This document shows positions 31,189-39,722 of a stretch of 64,000 bases of DNA, piece by piece. Location: positions 24,128 to 88,127 of the forward strand of contig DASZTO010000052.1 of NCBI GenBank assembly GCA_035548175.1, read 5' to 3'. Position 1 is the stretch's first letter; each line of letters opens with the position of its first letter. A program made the position numbers and the translations under genes. The notes under the pieces are model-generated. The model had not been told where the DNA came from and did no database searches. It saw only the letters and a list, made by a program, of their open reading frames with translations. Origin of the DNA: Phycisphaerae bacterium. Lineage in GTDB: Bacteria; Planctomycetota; Phycisphaerae; WQYP01.

Positions 31189-32769
31189 CTATCGGACGGT
31201 GGTGGGCTGGGAGGCGGTGGGGGGGGTGAGGGGCGGGAGGGAGATGGCGATATCGTCGGGCGGCGGGGTTTGTTTGCTGGAGGCGCGGTCGCGGCCGGCG
31301 TCATCTTTGAGGTTGGGGCCGATGCTGTAGACCACGTACGTGTCGGCCGTGGCGTGATATTGGAGGGGTGCGTCGGCGAAGCGGTCGTTGGGGATTGTGG
31401 GGAGGTAGGCGAAGAGGAGGGGTTGGAGGGAGTCGGGGTAGGCGTGGTGGTCGGCGTGATAGGCGGCGAGGGCGAAGGCGAGTTGTGCGATGTCGGTGCG
31501 CTGGAGGGCGGCGCGTTCGCGTTCGAGGGCGCGGTTGACGGAGGGGAAGAGCCAGATGGAGAAGACGTCGCCGGTGGTGAAGCGGGTGAGGATGTTGCGT
31601 TGGGCGAGGGCGTTGATGTGGTTGTTGAGTGCGGATTGAAGGGCGACGGAGTCGGAGAATTTTGGAGCGCTGGCGGCGGCGGTGAGCTGGTCGTAGAAGG
31701 CGTTGATGCTGCGGAGGGCGTGGTTGTAGGCGATGGGGATGAAGACGCAGTACCACTTGGAGCCTGGCGGGAAGGAGTTGTCGGTGATGGCTTGCATGTA
31801 GCGCATGGCCCAGGGGGTTCCGCGGGCGGCGGCGGTGCAGGTGAAGTTGAGGAGGGAGTAGCGTTCGGTGGTGTTGAGGGTGCGGGCCATGGGGGAGAGT
31901 GGGGTGAGGGCGCGGAGGTCGGCGATACAGCGGCGGGCCTGGTCGGGGGTGAGGTCGGGGGATTGTGCGAGTGCGACGTCGGCGGTGGCGGCGGAGGTTT
32001 CGAGGGCGGCGGCGACGAGTTGTTCGATGAGGGTGGCGCTGCCGTTGGAGAGGAGGCGCGATATGCGGTGAACGGCGAGGAGGTCCTGCCAGGCGCCATC
32101 GAGGTCGTGGGAAGCGATGCGGCGGGTAGCGCGGATGAGGGCGGCGTTGGCGAGGCCGCGGATGGGGGCGGTGTTGGGGATGTGGGTTTCGATGAGGATG
32201 TGGTCGGGGTTGGTGACGATGAGGGGGATGTAGTAGCGTGTGCGGCGGGTGAGTTGGTCGAAGGCGTCGATGGCGGGGTTGGCGTCATGGAGCCAGGCGG
32301 CGGCGTCGGGGTGATCGGCGGGTTGCCAGGGGTGAAAGGTGATGTTGGTGGCGGGATTGTCGAGGTCGGGGAATTGGTCGTGGGCATCGGGGTGGTGCTG
32401 TTCGTACCAGCGCTCGAAGATGATGAAGGGATGGGGGGATTCGACGGGCGGGGGAAGTTGGAGGGCTGCGCAGGTGTCGTTGGCGACGGCGGGGTCGGCG
32501 AAAAGTTGCGGTCCGAGGAGGGTGATGAGGGGGATGGCGGCGTTGTTGTCGGGGGTGACGCCGGCGGAGAGTTGGGCGTTGATGGCGGTGAGGTAGTCGG
32601 GTGTGCCGTTAGGGAGGAGGGGGGTGGTGATGTGGGTGGTGTCTGGGGCGAGGGTGATGTGGCGGAGGAGGCGAGCGATGAGGAGGTCGAGTGCGGTGAG
32701 GATGATGAGGGTGGAGAGGAGGTAGAGGTAGATGCGGTAGCGGCGGGTTTTGGGGAGGCGGAGGTGCAT
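31189..32769 (-). CDS. Hypothetical membrane-anchored protein, planctomycete type with GspG-like C-terminus
   Basis: N-terminal TM; LPNGTPDYLTAIN; C-terminal LAAYHADHHAYPDSL...VYSIGPNLKDDAG. Confidence 0.75.
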   Translation of the reverse strand: MHLRLPKTRRYRIYLYLLSTLIILTALDLLIARLLRHITLAPDTTHITTPLLPNGTPDYLTAINAQLSAGVTPDNNAAIPLITLLGPQLFADPAVANDTCAALQLPPPVESPHPFIIFERWYEQHHPDAHDQFPDLDNPATNITFHPWQPADHPDAAAWLHDANPAIDAFDQLTRRTRYYIPLIVTNPDHILIETHIPNTAPIRGLANAALIRATRRIASHDLDGAWQDLLAVHRISRLLSNGSATLIEQLVAAALETSAATADVALAQSPDLTPDQARRCIADLRALTPLSPMARTLNTTERYSLLNFTCTAAARGTPWAMRYMQAITDNSFPPGSKWYCVFIPIAYNHALRSINAFYDQLTAAASAPKFSDSVALQSALNNHINALAQRNILTRFTTGDVFSIWLFPSVNRALERERAALQRTDIAQLAFALAAYHADHHAYPDSLQPLLFAYLPTIPNDRFADAPLQYHATADTYVVYSIGPNLKDDAGRDRASSKQTPPPDDIAISLPPLTPPTASQPTTVR

Positions 32770-32784
32770 GGTTCCTCGACGACG

Positions 32785-32819
32785 GTAAATGGCCACGAAA
32801 GACACGGAAGGCACGAAAG
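32785..32819. repeat. CACGAAA-family arm
   Basis: GTAAATGGCCACGAAAGACACGGAAGGCACGAAAG. Confidence 0.8.
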
Positions 32820-32833
32820 CGGATGATGGGAGA

Positions 32834-33157
32834 TCAGGGGGAAGTCACAGGACCGTTGAAAGAGTCGAGGCGGGCGAGGGTGCGGGTGGGGGGGATGAAG
32901 GCGCGGAGGTCGGGGTTGGCGGGGAGGGCGGCGGTGGCGGCGGGTTGTGGGGAGGCGAGGTCGAGGGTGAGGAGGGTGATGGCGAGGCAGGCGGCGGCGG
33001 CGGCGAGGGAGAGGGTGGCGAGGAGGCAGCGGTCGCTGCGGGAGAGCGAGCGGCGGTCGAGGGCGGCGGCGAGGCGGGCTTCGAGGGCGGGGGAGGGGGC
33101 GGCGGGGGTGAGGTCGCGGAGGTGGTCTTCGAGCGGATCGTCGAGCGGGTCATTCAT
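32834..33157 (-). CDS. Probable anti-sigma factor (single TM)
   Basis: Overlaps the ECF sigma stop; LEDHLRDLTP..P then one TM. Confidence 0.55.
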   Translation of the reverse strand: MNDPLDDPLEDHLRDLTPAAPSPALEARLAAALDRRSLSRSDRCLLATLSLAAAAACLAITLLTLDLASPQPAATAALPANPDLRAFIPPTRTLARLDSFNGPVTSP

Positions 33158-33656
33158 GGGGCACCTGTGGGGAGAGCAGGGTGTGGAGGTGATCGAGGGC
33201 GTAACGGTAGCGTGAGGCGGCGGTGTTGAGGGGGATCGCGAGGGCGGCGGCGATCTGGGCGAAGGTGAGGCTGGACCAGATTTTCAGGAGGAGGACTTCG
33301 CGCTGCTCGGGCGGAAGGTGGGCGAGGGCGTGGTGGAGGGATTCGTGGGGATCGTCGGGCGGCAGGAGGAAGAGCGGCGGGGGCGGGAGGGCGGATTCGT
33401 GACGGCGGCGGGTGCGGGCGCTGCGTCGGAGGGCGAGTGCGGCGTTGCGGACGCAGGTGAAGAGGTAGGCGGCGGGATCAGCAGCGCGGCGGCGGGATTG
33501 CCAGAAATGGATGAAGCCTTGTTGCACGGCATCCTCGGCGAGGTGGGGGTCAGATAGGTGATGGCGCGCGAGAAGGAAGAGTGCGCGGGCGTGGCGGGTG
33601 TACCAGACGCGCCAGTCGTCGGTAAGGGCGGAGGGGTGGGCGTGCGGGGTGGGCAA
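33150..33656 (-). CDS. ECF sigma-70 family RNA polymerase sigma factor
   Basis: AEDAVQQGF, AYLFTCVRN, LPPEQREVLLLKIW, FAQIA, TAASRYRYA. Confidence 0.9.
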   Translation of the reverse strand: MPTPHAHPSALTDDWRVWYTRHARALFLLARHHLSDPHLAEDAVQQGFIHFWQSRRRAADPAAYLFTCVRNAALALRRSARTRRRHESALPPPPLFLLPPDDPHESLHHALAHLPPEQREVLLLKIWSSLTFAQIAAALAIPLNTAASRYRYALDHLHTLLSPQVPHE

Positions 33657-33738
33657 GGCGCGATCTCCATGGGAGTAGATGCGCCGGCGGGGCGAAATTG
33701 TCTGGCGGGGTGAAGATTTTTTTGACGGGTGGCGCGGG

Positions 33739-34869
33739 TTAGCGTTTGTTGGCGAGGTCGCGCTGGCGTTGGCGTTCGGTGGCTTTTTTGAGGGTTCGTT
33801 TTTCCCAGAAGCTCAGGGAGTGCAGGCCGGAGGTGTGGACTTTTTCGAGGATGGCGTCGATTTTGGCTTGTTCGAGCTGTTCGGCCTTGCGGCGTTTCTG
33901 GGCGGCGTGGAGGGCGCCTTTGCGGGTTTTTTTGCGTCGGGGGCTGTCGCCGGGATCGCCGCCTCCCATGTAATTGTAGGTGACGTCGTCTTCGGTCATG
34001 ACGCCTGGACCGGCGGCGGCGAGTGCGCGGCGGCGGTTGAAGTTGTCGGAGAAGATGAGGGCCCAGAGGATGAGGCCGAAGAGATCGGTGGCGAAGAGGG
34101 AGAGCAGGAAGAAGGGGACGGCGAGGACCATGCCGGCGATAGCGGTGATGACGGAGGCTTTCCATGCGCCGAACCTGGGGGTGAGGATGGATTGCCAGAG
34201 CAGGCCGCCGTCGAACCAGTAGCAGGGGAAGAGGTTGATGACGACGATGGCGGCATTGATGGTGGCGAAGTAGGCGAGGCACATGGCGAGGATGGTGAGG
34301 GGGGCGGAGCCTGGGACAGCGGCGTCGACGAGCAGGGGGCTGAAGGGGGAGAGCATGGGAAGGATGGCGACGGTGGCGTGTGGGAGGAGGTAGAGGGCTG
34401 CCATGGTGAGGCCGAAGAGGGGGAGAGAAAAGGCGATACCGCCGATGTTGGCGATGAAGGTGGGAAGTGGCGCGCGAGAGACGTGCGGGGGGATCATGCC
34501 GCCGAGGGGCCAGACGAGCCATTCCCAGTGATCTCCGCCGACGGTGCGGGAGAGGGCGCGGTGTCCGAGTTCGTGAAGGAGGACGGCGAGGAGCATCAAG
34601 GCGATGTGGATGGCGATGAAGTAGGGAGGAATTCCGCCACGGAGGACGTTGACGGCGTCGAAGAGGGCGAAGAGGAGGAACCAGAAGTGGAGGCGGATGT
34701 AGGTGGGCCTGCCCTGATAGATGGGGAGGGAGAATTGGAGGAGGGAGGCGGGGTTGGAGAAGTAGGCGTTGATTTCCTCGCCGCCGGAGTTGTAACTGCG
34801 ATCGCGCCAGCTCATAGAGAACTCAAGGGGGGTAACGGCCGCCACGGGAGGGGCGGCCGAAGGGGTCAC
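33739..34869 (-). CDS. Site-2 protease (M50) with basic C-terminal tail
   Basis: HELGH, WPLGG, NLFPCYWFDGG; IDAILEKVHTSGLHSL tail. Confidence 0.85.
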   Translation of the reverse strand: MTPSAAPPVAAVTPLEFSMSWRDRSYNSGGEEINAYFSNPASLLQFSLPIYQGRPTYIRLHFWFLLFALFDAVNVLRGGIPPYFIAIHIALMLLAVLLHELGHRALSRTVGGDHWEWLVWPLGGMIPPHVSRAPLPTFIANIGGIAFSLPLFGLTMAALYLLPHATVAILPMLSPFSPLLVDAAVPGSAPLTILAMCLAYFATINAAIVVINLFPCYWFDGGLLWQSILTPRFGAWKASVITAIAGMVLAVPFFLLSLFATDLFGLILWALIFSDNFNRRRALAAAGPGVMTEDDVTYNYMGGGDPGDSPRRKKTRKGALHAAQKRRKAEQLEQAKIDAILEKVHTSGLHSLSFWEKRTLKKATERQRQRDLANKR

Positions 34870-35471
34870 AAACCTGCGAGGTATTTTAGCAGGGCGGCGA
34901 GAGACTTGGCGTCGACGATTTTATTTTCGTGGATGAGGGAGCGGATGTGGTCTGGGGTGAAGGGTTGGGTGGCGATTTGTTCATTGTCTTCGAGGTGCTG
35001 GGGGCCTGGGGTAAGGCCGGTGGCGAGGAAGGCGTACATTTTTTCGGTGAGGATTCCGGGGGAGGTGTAGAACCAGCCGAAGGGGGTGATGTTTTTTGCC
35101 GCATAGCCGGTTTCTTCGGTGAGTTCGCGTGCGGCGGCGGCTGCGGGGTCTTCGTGGGAGACGCCCATGGGAGTGGCGGGAGGGCGTTCGAGGGTTCCGG
35201 CGGGGAGCTCGAGGAGGGATTCGTGGACGGTGTGGCGGCGGTTGTGGATGAGGAGGATGCGGCCGTCGGGGAGGATGGGGAGGATGATGACGGCGCCGGG
35301 GTGGATGGCGACTTCGCGGGAGATGGTTTTGCCGGAGTTGGTGATGACGGGGCGGAGGACGAGTTCGACGCGTTCGCCGGCGTGGATGAGGCGGTCGGAG
35401 GGCTGGCGGGCGAGGGGGTGGAGGGGGATCGCCGATTGCGGGTTGCCGATTGCGGAGGGGGAGGTACTCAT
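34866..35471 (-). CDS. Nudix hydrolase (ADP-ribose pyrophosphatase-like)
   Basis: HPGAVIILP, LELPAG...E-x7-RELTEETGY, YTSPG. Confidence 0.88.
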   Translation of the reverse strand: MSTSPSAIGNPQSAIPLHPLARQPSDRLIHAGERVELVLRPVITNSGKTISREVAIHPGAVIILPILPDGRILLIHNRRHTVHESLLELPAGTLERPPATPMGVSHEDPAAAAARELTEETGYAAKNITPFGWFYTSPGILTEKMYAFLATGLTPGPQHLEDNEQIATQPFTPDHIRSLIHENKIVDAKSLAALLKYLAGL

Positions 35472-35570
35472 GTGGGGGATCATAGGGGAACAATTGGGGG
35501 TGATAAAGTGAGTGGGGGAGTGGTCCGATAGCTTTCGTGCACGGGTTTTCGAGGAAGCACGGAGGTTGCC

Positions 35571-36002
35571 ATGGCAGTGATGGAACGCGAGACGAGCAAG
35601 AAGACGGGGACGGGCGTGGGGACGGTGGCGGATGCGATCGAGCAGACGCTGGAGTGGCTGGACAAACAGGGTTGCGGGGAGGTGGGGCAGGAGCGGCGCG
35701 GGATACGGCGGAGCCGGTATCGGGTGGGGGCGAAGGTGACGTATGTGGCGGCGGGTTTGGGGCAGGCGGTGACGAGCGAGGTGATGACGCGGAACCTGTC
35801 GCGGTCGGGGTTGAGCTTTTTGCATCCGACGCTGATATACCCGGGGCAGCGGGTGAACGTGCGGCTGCCATTACCGGACCGCAGCGTGCGGCACATCGGG
35901 GGCAAGGTGGTGCGGGTGCGTCCGGCGGTGCAGGGCGGCGGGCGGGGGATGTATGAGATTGGGGTGGAGTTTACGGAGATGGAGGTGGCGGTGGGGGAGT
36001 GA
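35571..36002 (+). CDS. PilZ domain protein
   Basis: ERRGIRRSR and TRNLSRSGLSF motifs; IGVEF. Confidence 0.8.
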   Translation: MAVMERETSKKTGTGVGTVADAIEQTLEWLDKQGCGEVGQERRGIRRSRYRVGAKVTYVAAGLGQAVTSEVMTRNLSRSGLSFLHPTLIYPGQRVNVRLPLPDRSVRHIGGKVVRVRPAVQGGGRGMYEIGVEFTEMEVAVGE

Positions 36003-36164
36003 TTTGGAAAAAGTGGGGGATTGGTTCAATGGGTGCAATTGGTGCAATTGGGATTGGGGGGCACCTGGGCGGGAGATGATGATGTTAAGTGGGGGCGGGG
36101 ATGGGGCGATAATGATGAAGGATGAAGCGCGAATCACGATGGCGATCTAACGGGTGAAGCGCGA

Positions 36165-36710
36165 ATGACGAATGCTTCGTGCAAATTGAGGCAAGTTCGG
36201 CGGGCGTGCGGGGGAGGGTTCACGGCATTTGAGGCGTTGATAGCGGCGGCGATATTGGCGTTTCTGACGGCGACGGTGAGCACGGCGCTGATGGCGGGGC
36301 GTGCGCAGAGCCGGGTGGCGCGGGACACGGTGGGGGCGTCGATGCTGGGGCAGGCGTTGATGGAGGAGGTGATGCGGCTGCCGGTGACGGATCCGCAGGG
36401 GTACAAGACGATGGGGCCGGACCCGGGGGAGACGCGTGCGACGTTCAACGCGGTGGATGATTACGACGGCTATACGGATGGTCCCGGGACGGTGGCGGAC
36501 GGGCACGGGAATTACACGTTGATCACGGATCTTGCGGGGAATGCGTATCCGACGGCGTACCAGGGATTCATTCGGAAGGTGTCGGTGCAGGGGGTGAGCT
36601 ACACGCCGACGGGGTGGACGCGGACGATCAGCGGGATGCTGGTGACGGTGACGGTGTCGAGCGCGGATGGGCGGACGCTGATAACGCTGCAGAGGGTGGC
36701 ATGCAATTGA
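36165..36710 (+). CDS. Prepilin-type N-terminal cleavage/methylation protein
   Basis: GFTAFEALIAAAIL followed by a hydrophobic helix; VDDYDGY. Confidence 0.8.
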   Translation: MTNASCKLRQVRRACGGGFTAFEALIAAAILAFLTATVSTALMAGRAQSRVARDTVGASMLGQALMEEVMRLPVTDPQGYKTMGPDPGETRATFNAVDDYDGYTDGPGTVADGHGNYTLITDLAGNAYPTAYQGFIRKVSVQGVSYTPTGWTRTISGMLVTVTVSSADGRTLITLQRVACN

Positions 36711-37252
36711 GGGCGAAGAGTCGGCGGTCGGTGGGCGATGGGGGAGAAGGAGGTGTCGCTGCGCGGCGCCGGGGATTCACGCTGTTTGAGCTGGTGCTGG
36801 TGGTGCTGGTGGTGGGGATTTGCGCGGCGACGCTGTTGCCGGCGGTGGGGAACCTGCGGTCGACGAGCCTGCGGCAGGCGGCGAACATGGTGGCGGCGGA
36901 TGCGGATTTCTGCATGAGCGAATGCGTGAACCGTCCGACGGCGCCGCGGAAGCTGGTGTTCAACGTGGGTGGGAATTCGTATCAGATGGTGGATGCGACG
37001 ACGAACGCGGTGATTGCGCATCCGGCGGACGGTCTGCCGTACATCAACGATTTTTCGACGGGGCGGAACGTGCAGCTGAGCGGGGTGCGGCTGGTGAGCG
37101 TGCTGGTGGGGGGGATCAGCGCGACGGCGCTGACGTACACGGCGTATGGGAAGCCGGTGCTGACGTCGGACATGGTGATCACGCTGAGCTATGAGGGGCA
37201 GACGATGGCGGTGACGGTGAAGGCTGGGACGGGGGATGTGGGGATTCAGTAG
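36701..37252 (+). CDS. Prepilin-type protein (GspH/FimT-like)
   Basis: RRGFTLFELVLVVLVVGI; overlaps the previous gene. Confidence 0.8.
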   Translation: MQLRAKSRRSVGDGGEGGVAARRRGFTLFELVLVVLVVGICAATLLPAVGNLRSTSLRQAANMVAADADFCMSECVNRPTAPRKLVFNVGGNSYQMVDATTNAVIAHPADGLPYINDFSTGRNVQLSGVRLVSVLVGGISATALTYTAYGKPVLTSDMVITLSYEGQTMAVTVKAGTGDVGIQ

Positions 37253-37262
37253 GGGGGGGAGT

Positions 37263-37364
37263 AGTCAGTAGTCAGAAGTCAGAAGTCAGAAGTCAGAAGT
37301 CAGAAGTCAGAAGGGGCGGCGGGCGCGGCGTCTGCTGACTACTGGCTACCGTCTTCTGGCTACT
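37263..37364. repeat. Heptamer tandem array (AGTCAGA x6 plus AGTCAGT) with inverted degenerate arm
   Basis: 37263-37311 tandem copies; 37331-37364 reverse complement reads AGCCAGA AGACGGT AGCCAGT AGTCAGC. Confidence 0.9.
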
Positions 37365-37367
37365 CGC

Positions 37368-37520
37368 AAAAAAAATGGGCTCGCCAGGGGAGGCAATCCT
37401 GACGAGCCCCGATCCAGGGCAGATCGGTGTGCCGGAGACGCTGGAGAGAGAGATGCCTCGCGTGTCCGGCGTAGTTTTGTAGTTGCCGACCGCGTAAGTG
37501 ATCGGCGAAGGACAGTTCAG
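37368..37520 (-). ncRNA. Candidate small RNA: four consecutive hairpins ending in an intrinsic terminator
   Basis: Stems 37485-37506, 37431-37470, 37409-37427, 37377-37409; 8-U tail on the - strand; no - strand gene upstream that could use the terminator. Confidence 0.5.
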
Positions 37521-37690
37521 ATGTACGATTGAGGGGAGGCGCGGGCAAAAAGATTTGTAAAGATTTTTACGGGGTGGGAGGATTGGCGCTGCAAATGGAA
37601 AAAGAATGCGTAAGATGATGCCTTTTACGAGACGTTGCGGCGCGCGGCGCCGGACGCGATCGGGGTCCGTGGCATGGGTGCAGATCGACG

Positions 37691-39622
37691 ATGGACTTGA
37701 TCAAGGCGTTAAAGTCGTGGGGAATCCAGGATTCGGCGGAAGTGTACAACATCCGCAACTGGGGCAAGGGGTACTTCGGGATCAATGCGGAAGGGAACGT
37801 GTGCGTGCATCCGGACCGACAGGAGGGGCGGTCGATCGATTTGAAGCGGCTGGTGGATGAACTGATTCTGCGGGGCATCAACCTGCCGGTGCTGGTGCGG
37901 TTCACGGACATTCTGAAGCACCGGGTGGCGGAGCTGCACGAGGCGTTCAGGAACGCGATCGCGGAGAACGGCTATGGCGGCACGTATGCGTGCGTGTATC
38001 CGATCAAGGTGAACCAGCAGCGGCACGTGGTGGAGGAGATCGTGGAGTTCGGGAAGCCGTATGGATTCGGCTTGGAGGCGGGGAGCAAGCCGGAATTGCT
38101 GGCGGTGCTGGCGCTGGCGAACAACGGCGATGCGCCGATCATCTGCAACGGCTTCAAGGATGATGAGTTCATTGAGACGGTGATCCTGGCGCAGAAGCTG
38201 GGCAAGAAGGTGATTCCGGTGGTGGAGAAATTCACCGAGCTGGAGCTGATCGTGAAGTATGCGGAGAAGCATGGGGTGCGGCCGCTGATCGGGGTGCGGG
38301 TGAAGCTGGCGACCAAGGGGAGCGGGCGGTGGGAGAGTTCGGGTGGCGCGCGGAGCAAGTTCGGGCTGTTCGTGGCGGAGGTGCTCAAGGCGCTGGAATA
38401 TCTCAAGGCGCGGAACATGCAGGACTGCCTGAAGCTGATGCATTTTCACCTGGGCAGCCAGATCACGAACATTCGCACGGTGAAGACGGCGCTCAATGAA
38501 GCGGCGCGGATTTACGCGGAGCTGGCGCGGGCGGGGGCGGGGATGGAGTATCTGGATGTCGGCGGCGGGCTGGGGGTGGATTACGACGGCTCGCAGACGA
38601 ATTTCGATTCGAGCATCAATTATTCGCTGCAGGAATACGCCAGCGACGTGGTGTTCCGCATCAAGAGCGTGTGCGATGAGGCGGGGGTGAAGCATCCGCA
38701 CATCATCAGCGAGAGCGGACGCGCGATGGTGGCGTATCACAGCGTGCTGGTGTTCAACGTGCTGGGGGTGAGCGGGTTTGATCTGTTCGACATTCCGGCG
38801 GGGCTGCCGGAGGGCGAGGAGTTGCCGCAGCCGGTGCGGGACCTGTTCGACAGTTACCGGGAGATCACGAAGAAGAATTTCCAGGAGGTGTATCACGATG
38901 CGATCCAGCAGCGGGACGAATCGCTGAATCTGTTCAATCTCGGGTACCTGAGTCTGGAATTGCGCAGCCTGACGGAGAAACTGTTCTGGGGCGTGTGCGG
39001 GAAGATTCTGAAGATTCTCAAGGACAGCGATTACGTGGGGGACGATTTTGAGAATCTGGAGGCGCAGCTGTCGGACACGTATTTCTGCAATTTTTCGCTG
39101 TTCCAGAGCATGCCGGACGCGTGGGCGATCAAGCAGCTTTTCCCGGTGATGCCGATCCACCGGTTGAAGGAGGAGCCGACGCGGCGGGGGGTTCTGGCGG
39201 ACATCACGTGCGATTCGGATGGGAAGATCGACGCGTTCATCGACCTGCGCGATGTGAAGAAGACGCTGGAGCTGCACGAGTTTGACGGGCGGGAGTATTA
39301 CATCGGGGCGTTTCTGGTGGGGGCGTACCAGGAAATTCTGGGCGACCTGCACAACCTGCTGGGGGACACGAATGCGGTGCATGTGACGATGCAGCCGGAT
39401 GGCAGCCCGAGCATCGATGAGGTCGTGCGCGGGGACACGGTGCGCGAGGTGCTCAGCTATGTGCAGTTCAGCAGCGATGCGCTGGAAGGGAAATTGCGGA
39501 AGCAGATCGAGGGGGCGGTGCGCGAGAAGCGGATCACGCTGGAGGAGGGGGCGCAGTTGATGCGGTATTACGAGGATGGGATGCGGGGGTATACGTATCT
39601 GGAGGAGCCCAGCGCGTATTGA
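37691..39622 (+). CDS. speA: Biosynthetic arginine decarboxylase
   Basis: YPIKVNQQR, GLEAGSKPEL, HFHLGSQI, DVGGGLGVDYDGS, TCDSDG, GAYQEILGDLHNL. Confidence 0.97.
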   Translation: MDLIKALKSWGIQDSAEVYNIRNWGKGYFGINAEGNVCVHPDRQEGRSIDLKRLVDELILRGINLPVLVRFTDILKHRVAELHEAFRNAIAENGYGGTYACVYPIKVNQQRHVVEEIVEFGKPYGFGLEAGSKPELLAVLALANNGDAPIICNGFKDDEFIETVILAQKLGKKVIPVVEKFTELELIVKYAEKHGVRPLIGVRVKLATKGSGRWESSGGARSKFGLFVAEVLKALEYLKARNMQDCLKLMHFHLGSQITNIRTVKTALNEAARIYAELARAGAGMEYLDVGGGLGVDYDGSQTNFDSSINYSLQEYASDVVFRIKSVCDEAGVKHPHIISESGRAMVAYHSVLVFNVLGVSGFDLFDIPAGLPEGEELPQPVRDLFDSYREITKKNFQEVYHDAIQQRDESLNLFNLGYLSLELRSLTEKLFWGVCGKILKILKDSDYVGDDFENLEAQLSDTYFCNFSLFQSMPDAWAIKQLFPVMPIHRLKEEPTRRGVLADITCDSDGKIDAFIDLRDVKKTLELHEFDGREYYIGAFLVGAYQEILGDLHNLLGDTNAVHVTMQPDGSPSIDEVVRGDTVREVLSYVQFSSDALEGKLRKQIEGAVREKRITLEEGAQLMRYYEDGMRGYTYLEEPSAY

Positions 39623-39722
39623 TGGAGGGGGCGCGAGGTGGGGCGCCGGGGAAGTTCTCGCCTGCGGTGCGGGGGGGGGGTAGGATGTGGGCGGGCAGTC
39701 AGGCGGGAGCGAGGAAGTCGCG

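Noticed and set aside
28246-32826. 400-790 aa ORFs rich in Gly/Glu/Val or Pro/Ser/Thr overlapping GH51 and the 526-aa gene
   Set aside because: Antisense or off-frame shadows of strongly biased genes; no motifs
37465-37495. AACTACAAAACTACGCC resembling a tmRNA tag region
   Set aside because: No tRNA-like ends (GGGG 5' end, TTCGA T-loop, CCA) and no tag ORF ending in Ala-Ala-stop
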